A stretch of DNA of 63,749 nt, filler included, from Choristocarpus tenellus KU-1152 (taxonomy: Eukaryota; Protista; Phaeophyceae): the NCBI GenBank assembly GCA_964200185.2. It is 8 parts of 8 records of this genome, joined end to end, with 100 filler letters (N's around TTAATTAATTAA, not from the genome) between each part and the next. Parts side by side here need not be neighbours in the genome. Positions count along the whole stretch, not along the records: positions 53,138 to 56,038 come from CAXNAD020023789.1; positions 56,139 to 63,749 come from CAXNAD020005877.1; 6 more parts are not named here. The stretch is one strand, 5' to 3'. The notes beneath the pieces were generated by a model, which was not told where the DNA came from, made no database searches, and saw nothing but the letters and a program-made list of their open reading frames with translations. Numbering within the stretch: the first letter of the stretch is position 1; the number at the start of each line of letters is the position of its first letter. The position numbers and the translations under genes were made by a program. Shown here in pieces: positions 53,281 through 63,749 of this stretch.

Positions 53281-53340
53281 TTTTCATTGGTTTCCCCCCT
53301 GACTGACACATCTGCAAAATGTCAGAGGGCATAATAATAT
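53281..53340 (+). repeat. CRE-like 3' hairpin + TAA tail
   Basis: TTTTCATTGGTTTCCCCCCTGACTGACACATCTGCAAAATGTCAGAGGGCATAATAAT. The upstream TCCACGCA(A/T)TGT motif is shared with the copy near position 53. Confidence 0.78.
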
Positions 53341-54159
53341 AAATACAGAATATATGTTACTACTATTTCTAATGTTAGGAGAAAAATGTTTAGGCCATCT
53401 CAAAACCAGAAATATATGATCATCTATATAACTCATCAATTTGACCATTATGAAGTTCCATTACTTTATGGAACATTTTTAAGAGGAAGAATCATTCGGG
53501 TAACTGATGACAATTACTTAGCAGTTTGTAGAGCAGAAACCTATAAGCACCTTGAATTTGTAGTAACTATCCTTTTTTTCAATTTTTTTGACGGATGAGT
53601 AGTTATATAGAAAGATCAGGATCCTGGAGGTTTTGAGTCTACAAGGAGGTTGAGAAGTTGAGGTACGTATTTTAGAGTTGTCAAATTTTGTACACATTAT
53701 TCTTCAAGCTCATCGCTTGCAATGAAGTAATTATTCGAATGTAGAGGGTTTTTATTGTTGAATAGGTTTCTATATATTGGATTGACCTTTTCCCTGCCAT
53801 ATCTCTAAAATCTTAGAGGGGGTTCACAATGTAGATTTATTAATTAATAATGCACAGTCAATATCATATAATACGTAAAAAAAATAACTCCGGTGTTTCA
53901 TGAGTGGACTTTCAGTTCCTCGTCTCATAACAATCTTCATACCTTGGGGAACCAGATAGTGCCTATCCTAGGTGTGGTTTAGTGGGGCAAATAAGGAATA
54001 TTGTTGTACCATTTGACATATAGTTTATCCCTAGCCCTAACTAACACAGTACATGTTTTTAGAGATGCGAGAGGGGCAGATAATTAATGCGACAGTCTGT
54101 ATACTTCAAAAAATGCCACATAGTTCATGTAACACACAACTGCACCAACCAAGGGATGG

Positions 54160-54780
54160 GAGGTGTGAGGTGTTACCTCTGTAATAAGAGATAAGGAATT
54201 ATTGTAGTGTGTCGTACTGTCCCAAGAACCTTGGCGAAATGTAGGGGAGGGCAAAAACAAGGTAAACTAACAGGTGGAAGTTGGTGTCGTTCACACAAAG
54301 CAAGGCATGTGGTGTGGTCTCTGTAGTGAGAGGTGAGTCGTTTTTATAGTTTGTCATACTGTGCCTATTAAATTGGTGAGGTTTTGGGGAATGAGAGATA
54401 AGGAGTGTGAATATTGTATCCTATTGTGCCTGTGGAACATTGGCGAAGTGTGAGGGAGTGCAGAAAATAGTGAAATAACATACGGAAATTGGCTGTAACA
54501 CAAGACAAGGTGTGAGGTGTGGCATATGCAAGAAGAGATGAGGAGTGATAACAGTGTGTCGTACAGTTTCGGGAACATTGGCGAAGTGCAGGAAAGGCAG
54601 AAACAAAGGCGAAATGAAATGTGGAAGTCGGTGGTGGTGACACAAGACAGGGGATGAGGAGGTGTTGTCACTTTGTATGAGGCGAGGAGTGCTGATGTGG
54701 TTGTCATACTGTTCCTGTAATATTAGTTAAGTGTAAGGGAGGACATAAACAAGGCAAATAAAAAAATAGAAATTGGTCTG
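54160..54780. repeat. Degenerate ~140-bp tandem repeat
   Basis: GAAC(A/C)TTGGCGAA recurs at ~54225, 54435 and 54573; TGTC(G/A)TAC(T/A)GT and CACAAGACA also recur. Confidence 0.7.
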
Positions 54781-56264
54781 GATGAGAGAACTAGGTCCAA
54801 AAAATTCGGGAAAAAATTGAAGTTGACGTGAAATTTTGCATTTTGAGTCTGAAAAACGACTGAAAAATTGAAGTGAAGATTCACGATTTCCGAATTTCAG
54901 GCGATTTTTTTTCGCTTTGGTTTGATGGTCCCATGTTCTTCACGGCGTCCCAAATAGTGCCAAAAAAGTATTGCTTCCTAAACTTGTTCCTGTGGACCTT
55001 CCTTTCATCCCTTCCTGTCTGTGGAACCTTCAAAAACAAAGCTTTTCAACAAGGACAGGGCGACTGGGCTGAGGAATCATGGTAGGTGGTGTGGTTGCAT
55101 TGTAAATGCAGTGGTGAGCATCCAAAAAATAAAAAAGAAGACCACGACGTTTACAGGCTCTCCAAAAAGGTGACGATGAGACAAAACTACACCGTACTAC
55201 CTTACAGGCAGTGAAAAAGACTGGGTGTTTCGCTTCATCGCAGTGTATTTCCAGTACCATGTTACGGAAATCTGTTCGAAGGAGTTCCATTTAGGAACCT
55301 GGAACACTCTATGTACCTCTATCTGCCTGTCTTCTGTCAGAGCTAGGTTATCATTTCAACATATTTTGGCGAACAGACCCAATATATAATCAATGCCAGC
55401 GGATTTCCCGATGTAAGATCAGATTACCTGTGCAATTCGTCCACATCGTTTGCATCACATACCTTGCACGTGCATGCTGAGCAGGTTGTAAGATTTTTTC
55501 TAACTTTGTATATCGATGTTGATCAAGGTTATTATGTCTCATTCAATTTCCACAATTTCGTCTTGTACTGGAATTTGTTCTGTATCCTACGTCGGAACAC
55601 TCTCGTCTTTTTGTCCAGGTTGGTCTTGCGCACACCAATGACACATCGTCCTTCAAAGACCTAGAGGCGAAGAAACCTCAGATCAGGGAGTGGACAACCG
55701 CCTTAAATAAGGAGAAGAACATGCTTCTATAGGTTGCTGGACAGTGAATGCAAGAAAGACTTGAGTAAGATGGCGACAAGAAGGTGAGGGCACGCTATGA
55801 CGGGATTGTCTTTTCAGTATGATACCATGGTTACCTCGTTAGTACAACATTTTATTTAATATCAATCGATGGAATTCCAAGCTATGATTCACTGCACTGA
55901 GTTTCCGTCATCAACAGTATGGTAATGATGGAAAAAATTAAGTTTGAGGACGGGAAAAAAATGATTTTGCTGAACCTCATTACCAAGATCTCTATTTTGG
56001 GTCAAAGTATCTTGGGGGGGGGGGTGGTTTGTGAGGGGNNNNNNNNNNNNNNNNNNNNNNNNNNNNNNNNNNNNNNNNNNNNTTAATTAATTAANNNNNN
56101 NNNNNNNNNNNNNNNNNNNNNNNNNNNNNNNNNNNNNNAAAATCGCGACATAAAAAAATTGGCCCCAAATAATGGACAGCCGCCCCCCCCCCCCCCAGAT
56201 ACTTCAACCCATATTTCCACCACATGGTGACCCATCCCAGACCAAGAACCTCCCATCTCCAAAA

Positions 56265-57330
56265 TCAAAAGCATTCAACTGTAGAAGGGGGACAGAGATA
56301 GACAGGCAGAAAATGTTGTGCTAATCCATGAAGCGTTTGGAACATCAGGGGGGTACCCAACTGAAAACTACTCAAAGCAACATAAACCGAATGGGAAGAC
56401 CAAAACTGGCATAGTATTATCTGCCAAGTCAAGAATCGGAACTTGAAATGGTATGCCACCAGTGTCTTCTGACTCATTGGATATTGCCATTGTATGGTAC
56501 ACAGTTCAAAGCAAAGATTTTCCCCGTCCACAGTCATCTTTCGAAGCAACTCACCATTCCCTTATTTTAGAAACTGCCACTAAGACCTCAAACATCCCGT
56601 TCCGCCCTGTAAGCAATATCACAGAACGCATTGAGTACCTGATACTTCTTACACCATTGGAATATGTTACAATAGTCCACATATGTAGATATGGCTCAAA
56701 GTATCTGGGTTTGGGTGGCGGCTGTCCATTTGGGGTCAAATTGTTTATGTCGCGATTTTTGTGTGATTTGGTTGCATATGTCGGATGGACGACGGAAGTG
56801 CACTTTTCCTGGTTATGCCCCAAATGGACACCCTGGTGTAGACCACCCCCCTACCCTCAGATACTTTGGGTCTATGTGTGTGTGTTGACCTAACTGAGTA
56901 AAAAATGAGAGGTGCCCAGACTTCCATTGTAAGGATGCTGAAAAAGCAGTGCAAAATTCGTCTATTATTATAAATGCGTGTAGAGTATTTTCCGAAGTGT
57001 GTCGAAAATTTGAAACAGAGAAATCAACATTCTCAAGTTAAAGTTAGCACTTCATCCGTAGAAAAATTGGTGAATTACGAAAGACTGAAAAGCTGCCTTG
57101 AAATGCAAAAGAGCCAAAAACTGGACAGGTACCTCTCCTCTACTTTGCCTCACTGTCCTCTTCACATGTACTTCGGAGAAATATCCTAGTCTTTTCATCA
57201 GAGTTCTACAACAAAACATCACCACACAAGCATGGAGCAGGTTGGAAGACGACGCAGTTTTGGTTTTGTCACATTCGTGCACATTTCCACAGGCCTGACA
57301 CAGAACGAAACTGCTCATACATGTGTATAT
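56265..57330 (-). pseudogene. Decayed hAT transposase (BED finger and dimerisation relics), interrupted by a MITE
   Basis: SFVLCQACGNVHECDKTKTASSSNLLHAC (57318-57230) resembles Hermes-type BED fingers. LHGLAQHFLPVYLCPPSTVEC (~56330-56270) resembles the hAT C-terminal PxS(T/S)xxxERxFS region. The domain order on the minus strand is correct. Confidence 0.55.
56693..56872 (+). mobile_element. 180-bp MITE (type B) with 3-bp TSD TAT
   Basis: TAT|GGCTCAAAGTATCTG...CAGATACTTTGGGTC|TAT; additional ends at 55999-56038 and 56139-56210. Confidence 0.88.
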
Positions 57331-57871
57331 ACTATCCTACTTCCTTCACTCTTCCAGAACAGGACATCAACACACACATGAAGTCTGCTGGAAGAATAAC
57401 TGCCGATTTCGTCTCATTCATCCCTTTGCTGCACACCATCAGAGCCTGACACTGAAATTCTTGTCATGGCCTTGGCCGTGAGGCAGAAAAAAAAACTATC
57501 ATGTCAGGAGTACAACCCCTAACAGTCGAACATATACACACCTAGTTCACTCTATTCTACTTCTCCCCTCAGTCTACAAAACTAGGAACCTGTGCAACCA
57601 CTAACTGAACATTCCGTATGTCCCACATACCCCAAGCACTGTTGTCTGCACTGTGCAAGATGAAACAATTTAAGCAAAACAGGTATATTCTTTACACAAG
57701 TTCCTCAACCTGGACCACGAGAGAGAAAAACGCAATCACATGTCCAAAATATCCATGCCTATCATACATACACAGACAACATAAATGTACATTTTCCACT
57801 CCAAAAACATCCTCAACTCTCTCTTCTCTCTCTCACGCCTCATACTGGTGTACAGAAACAACTCTACTTAA

Positions 57872-60800
57872 TCAAGGGCCGATCTCTTCATCTTTGTTGA
57901 TCAGCTCAAACCCACACAGCGATGACAAGGATGATGTAGAAGACAGGGGGAAGCCTCCTCTTCCCCTCCACCCTTCAACCTCACTGCTGTTACCAGATGT
58001 TGGCGACACAACACTCCCCTCGCCTTCCAAAGTTTTACCATATCCCCTGCTCCAACCAGCATTACGCTTCTGGAGTCCACCACCCTTTGAACCCCATGTT
58101 CCACCATGTTCCACTGCCCCCCTTGCCCCCGCGACCAATGGAGGTGTGACAGGACACAAACTTGGACTCAAATCCTTGCCTCCCCACCATGGGGTTGGTA
58201 CATCTGCAACTGAGGCATCAACCCCAATGCTTTGCCCCCCACTAGGGGTGCCTGTTACAAGATAGCCTGTGGTGCCAGTGGTTTCGCTACCAAGATTGTT
58301 CGGGACTCCATCTCTTCCACTCTCCGCCCTTGATGCCACCACAGGGATGGAAACGCGACTCTTAGCCAGCCCTGTAGCTGTCTCCACAAAAGCTGGAGTG
58401 GATAGTAAACCTCTACCACGGTTTGGAAGTGCGGTGGTGACCTTGGCAGTCATGTCAGGATTGTGTTTGAGTCTGATGGGTTGACCTGTTGCGGGTGGTG
58501 ACCAAACAACAAGCGGGTCCAAATCTCTTGGCAAAGCGTGCTGCTGGCCCCACTGCCACCTTCCACCAGTATCAACCCCAGTATTCACTAGGGGCACAGG
58601 CCTCTTATCCTCTAGTCCACCAGCCATGGTGAGAGAAGTTTGAACTGGTCCTGAACCTGCCCTTACTCCTCCTCTGCCACCTCCCACACCAGTGCCCTCA
58701 AATGGTCCAAGGCCTTCTTCCACTGTCTCTGAAATATCGAAGCCTTCCGAAGCAGACAGGGAGGAGAGCTGTGAACTCGCACTGTTGCCGAGACTAGTTA
58801 CATTGAAATCACTCCTTGAAGACTGCCCTGCTGCCTTGACATTGCCACCCGGAAGAGACCCTCCTCCTCCGACCATGGAGGTGCCAGCAGGAACCGATGG
58901 AAAAGTTGGGGAATGCGGGGAGAGGGTGGAGGTTGGCGAAACAGACCCCTTGTTCGTTTTACTCTGAAGACCCATCCATCGCCAAACAAAAGGAGATGAT
59001 GGCGAAGTAGCACCAGCCGTAGAGGCAGCAGTGCCCACAGGTGGTGGAGCTAGGCTGCCCCCCACACCACCATACACCACCCCACCCGGACCTCTATTTA
59101 GCGCATCAACCCTGTGACCACTGATATCACCACTAGGGTCACCGCTCCCCACACCGCTACCACTGCTCTTCACATCATAGGTGAGACTGCCTGCTCTCGC
59201 CCCCGACGACGTAGCACTCATGTGAGACGGCTGTTGAGCAGCCTGAGCCTGACTAGTTTTGTCAGATCCAGAGGGTGGACTGTTCCTGCCGGAGGGACGG
59301 GACTGGGACTGACTCACGGAGTCAGAACCCTCACTCTGTCCTGCTAGTACTCCTCCCGGGGCTCTGTTTCAAGGGCAGGAAGGAGAGAGAGTCCAAGTTT
59401 GGGTTAGGGTTAGGGTTAGGTCAGGGTCAGGTCATCTTCTTGTGCTACTGTCGCCACAAAGTTAGCCTAGGACTCAGAATGAGAGGACTAAGTCTCGAGG
59501 GGTAAGATATGTATCAAGCACGGCCGAGAGAAATACAATACTCGCCACCAAAACATGCACGCTAAACGTAAAAGCATTACTGCATCAATCTCTGCTCAGT
59601 CAAATCCGCCACATACACACACACCCACATGTGTTTCTAGGCAAAAAAAAAGCACTTTGTATCAGCAGTAACGTAGGGGGGGCATCAAATGCTCCCGGTA
59701 CTATAAAAATATTTTCACAGCACTTTTGTACGTCAACCTTTGAGTACACAAGTGACGGCAGTCATTGTTGGCATTTTCCGTAACCTTACGTATTGCATTT
59801 GAATGTAGAGATTCATTTTCAGTACGAACATGCAAGTGCTATGCACCAATAACACACACACACACAAACACAGTTCTCAACAAAATGATGGTGCAGAAGT
59901 TTAGATGGTATGGGTGACGAGATAGTGGCATGCTAGTTATTTACACCTGCCCGGTCAACTCCGGATCATGTTCCTTAGAGAAACAACCTCTCTTCTTGTC
60001 ATGTGACCAAACACTTGACCACACAAAAGTTCCATTCTCCTAAAAATAAAGGGATTAAACCAATGGAGCATGTTACCCTTTCACAGGCAGCTAATCTAAA
60101 CAGCCTCCACGTAGATCTAGGTGTCTAGTTATATTGCTCTCTTCATTTATTGTGTCTACTACTTCAAAGTATGGCATATTTCCAACGTATTTTCGGCCAA
60201 TCTAAGTCCTGGTCCTCTACCACCCTCTAGGGATATCACACAAGCACTCTGCAAAAAAATCAAAATGTTCTCAAAGACAAACAAACACCACTAGAAATCA
60301 TAGCATAACCAATGTGTTCGCACACACACACAACGCCCCTTCTCTCCCCCCCTCCCCCAAATACTAGAGCTCTTACTCTTCGATGTTGGACAGTTGTGAA
60401 GATTCTTCCAGCCCTCTTGACGGCACCCCTGTTCTCTTGACACTGGAGGCTTTCTGCTGGTGCAGGTGCAGGCCCACGGCAACAGTGGCAAGGGCCATCC
60501 CGAGGCAGTGCAACCACGCAGAGCTCGTGTTCAGGAACAGAAGGAGAATAAAGACCATCATCGCTCGAAGGTATCCACTGAGGAGAGAGGCATGTATGCA
60601 TGTGCATATATGTGTGTGTAAGCAGCAATAGCACACACGTGACAACATCATGTGCAGAGTAACAGGGTATTTGAATAATGAAAAGCAAAAGCAACTGATG
60701 AGCAAGTAACAACACTCAATGAAGTACATCATCTCAAAAAAAACATCACTACCTTAGTATTCTTAGACACTGTCATAACAGTAACGGAATCTATGCAAAG

Positions 60801-62982
60801 GATCGCCATATGAACCGAAAATGGCTAAGAGAGGACAGGCCTCTATCTATTGTAGCACATACATTACACTTCGAACATAAAGGGCAAGGTCAACACTTCA
60901 TGACACAGGGAAGGAAGGAAGGAGTGATGCAGCAAGGTAGTAATAGTAAATGGAACATGGAGAAATGACTGATGAGGTCTCAATGGAGATGAACCTTGGG
61001 GCAAAATGCATAGTAAGCATTTCGTCAGCAGAAGGAGAGCATTTTGTTGAGCAACGCGGGTTTGGCATTAAAGCTTGAGGTAGTTGGTTGGGCTGGAAGA
61101 AGGATGACCATTAGATTAGAGTGATGCCAAGGTTATTCTTGAGAGGGTAGGAGAGGTCTTGAGGATGAATGCATCATATCGGCTCTATGAAACACACAAG
61201 CCTTTCCATTAGTACATATGTTGCTATTCAAAACATGTCCATTGCCACATAAACCTCAATATGGACTATATATATGCTCCAAAGTATATATAGTACTATT
61301 CGTGAGTCTATGACAAGCCTGCGCACTAACCCAATGTGTGTAGTACATATTTTATTATTCAATCTTGGTATGGCAGGAGGCAAGCACACAAGAAATGGTG
61401 ATATTCTAGAAGAAAACAGCTTCACAGGACATACATACATACATAGTTTCCAGAGACGCAGCATTATATCATCAGGTGGATGGGGGGAGGGGGGAGAGAA
61501 AGCCCCAAACCCTCATCTAACTAAAAAATGGACACACACCAGTGGATAGCTCTACCACTGTTGGGGGCATTCAACTGCCACATGTAACTCCAAGAACATG
61601 CAGCAATGCAAGCATCATGGTGGAGAAACCTCAGAACACTAGCATCTAAACATGACAGGCCTGAATCTATATATGCAAGAACTAACTAGCATTGACGATT
61701 TCAACCATAGTCATGTCATAAAACGTGACAGGGAACAGACCATCTCATCACCACCCTCACTTTCAGATTCATCAGCTGTTGCTGGTGAACACCCATAAGA
61801 ACAGTCCAGAATCTCCCCTTAACAAATTGTCAAAACACCTCACCTCCCAATGATGAAAGCCGCCCCCGTCATCCTCGAGAGCAGGAGCAGTGTGGCCAAT
61901 GTGTTCCCATATAGTGAAACACTGCTGAGAGCCATTAGGGCAGGGCGGCGCCAGCTAGGTACCCACCCCTCACTCCCAACACCCCCACCACCCCAGAACC
62001 ACCAACCATTGGCAAACCACAACAGAGGAAGCCCCATCATAGCCCTGCAGCCTTCAATAGTTACAAGAATAAGCACCTGTTAAATAGTGGGGGAGGGGGG
62101 GGAGGCTCTTTACTTCCGGGACATACTACGTAATACTACTCAAGAGCATGTAATATTTAATTATAGTCGTTATTTCTTGACGTATAATTTCTTATCTCCA
62201 CTACTACACAATTTATAACATGAGTACAAGGAAAATCTCAAATGTACTATGCTTTCATAGCATTTTTGCATGATACATATCAACCTTCTACTTGTACTCC
62301 CCACTTCCATGCCCCAAATGCAGATTGGTCGATGTGAAAGGTGAGACCAGATCAAGGAAATCGCCTTTTCCCAAATACATAATCCCAAACACATAATAAA
62401 AAATTGAATTGAAATGGCAGCTACAAAGATCACTGATGATCAATGGCATCTTCCTCTAGGACACCTACGCTCAAATTCCACAGAGCAAAACACGTTCCGG
62501 TATGTGTAGCACATAAAATCAACAAAAATCTGAAGCACTCACTGTAAGTACCTAAGCACACACATAATATGCTCCGCTAGAAAATGCATAGACAGTGAAA
62601 TACCTCACACATGTGTACACACATTACACACACCACATACCTACACCTAAGGTCCAAAGGGTAAGGCGCCTCCACTGCACCTCGAATCTCCAACGAGAGC
62701 ATGCAGCAGAAGGCGTTACCTATCAGCGCAACAACAATCGTGCCTAAAAAGAATTTTTTTTTTAAACACGGACAACAAGACCAACAATAACTAAACATTC
62801 AGGACTTCCGAGTTCAAACGCTTACCTCAAACCAGCTACAGCACCATGCACAACACCCAGTACCACAGTGCAATCGTGCAACCAGTGAAAGACTCTCTGC
62901 CACGGAACAGAGCCTACCAACACCGACTCCACATCCATCGAACACACAGTAGCGCATCTAAGTTCAGCAGACGCCAAGTTGC
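57872..62982 (-). CDS. TPT/SLC35-like (DMT superfamily) membrane protein, 3' part, with long Ser/Gly-rich C-terminal exon
   Basis: Phase-consistent exons 62076-61844, 60577-60377 and 59363-57872. They encode hydrophobic helices NTLATLLLLSRMTGAAFIIG|SGYLRAMMVFILLLFL...LHCLGMALATVAVGLHLH, which fit the last TM pair of TPT-type transporters. Upstream exons 62743-62641 (GTIVVALIGNAF) and 62982-62826 are plausible, but their phases could not be reconciled. The 5' end is not resolved. Confidence 0.65.
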
Positions 62983-63572
62983 CTGGATACACAGGCTTGT
63001 CAGTAGGGTTGCGTGTCATATCCCTTGAACCACCTGGGTTCGATCAAATCCCAAATGATCCAAGACCGACCCCAAAACATCAAGGGGAAACTATTGACAG
63101 GTCCTATTCTCGAACTTGCGAGTCAACATAAAACCGCCTCCGTATATTTATCAGACCCTTGATTTCCATTCGTGGGCGACACACTCAGGGAGCCCACCAG
63201 CACACGGCACACCTTGCTCAATTCGATCAAGTAAAAAAAAAAAAAGCAACATCCAAATTTCTCGTGTTGATTCAAGTTCCACTCAATTATCGATTCAATT
63301 CTCGATTCGCAGGCGTTTGTGTCACAGGAAACACTCCTGAGCTAGCATTTCAAGTCTTGAGTGCCAACACACTATTCCCACTGACAACAAAGAGGAGAGG
63401 AGTAATGTATCTTTGATGCAACCAGCTGTTGCATTGGTTGTCACACTGACATCAGGAAACAGAACTGCAATCAACAAGGGACTACAAAGCAGGAAATACA
63501 CAAGACGCTACAGCCGCAGACTGTCAAACTAAAAAATAGTCTGAACTAACACACAGGAAGCCCGACAGAGTC

Positions 63573-63640
63573 GAGGATAGTCAAGAGGATAGTCAAGAGG
63601 ATAGTCATCAAGAGGATAGTCATCAAGAGGATAGTCAAGA
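63573..63640. repeat. 12/15-bp minisatellite GAGGATAGTC(ATC)AA, 5 copies
   Basis: Directly visible. Confidence 0.9.
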
Positions 63641-63749
63641 CGACGACCCCATTCCCTCTAACTTTGAATAAGTCCCCCCCCCCCCTCTCTCTCTTGACTC
63701 TGACATCCATAGACAAAACACGCCACACAAAAACCGACCGAGCTGTGAA

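Noticed and set aside
57618-58265. 215-aa plus-strand ORF and neighbouring short ORFs
   Set aside because: Antisense to the long minus-strand exon.
59399-59430. True telomere
   Set aside because: Only 3-4 TTAGGG units inside an intron; interstitial.
1-63749. Functional linkage of CASD1, MLH3, PPR and the transporter as a gene cluster; Fanzor/TnpB nuclease
   Set aside because: The genes are on separate concatenated contigs and none continues across a linker. No RuvC/zinc-ribbon Fanzor motifs were recognised, though a profile search would be needed to exclude decayed copies.

Overview
Intron-rich eukaryotic genomic DNA, not prokaryotic. The window is eight contigs joined by seven artificial 100-bp linkers (44 N + TTAATTAATTAA + 44 N), and genes do not continue across them. 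A stramenopile or brown-algal origin is inferred from TTAGGG-type interstitial repeats and CRE-type retroelement remnants, but is not proven. Four host genes can be spliced by hand: (1) the 5' part of a CASD1/RWA-type O-acetyltransferase (+, 278-3165) with a GC-AG intron; (2) the 3' part of MLH3 (-, 12219-18953) with intact DQHAxxE, ACH and CAHGRP motifs and a >2.3-kb linker exon; (3) a partial PPR protein (-, 26168-28405); (4) a TPT/DMT-like membrane protein apparently spliced to a ~500-aa Ser/Gly-rich tail (-, 57872-62982). The rest is mostly decayed transposons (DD39D mariner, pogo, Copia, Tc1/IS630-like, hAT, piggyBac-like, CRE non-LTR), an abundant MITE group sharing CAAAGTATCT termini, a foldback element and several minisatellites. 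No CRISPR array, rRNA or tRNA was recognised, and I found no convincing new multi-gene system. The best leads are the stop/donor-overlap transporter, the shared-terminus MITE group and the CRE 3' hairpin repeats. All family assignments come from motif recall, not database searches.
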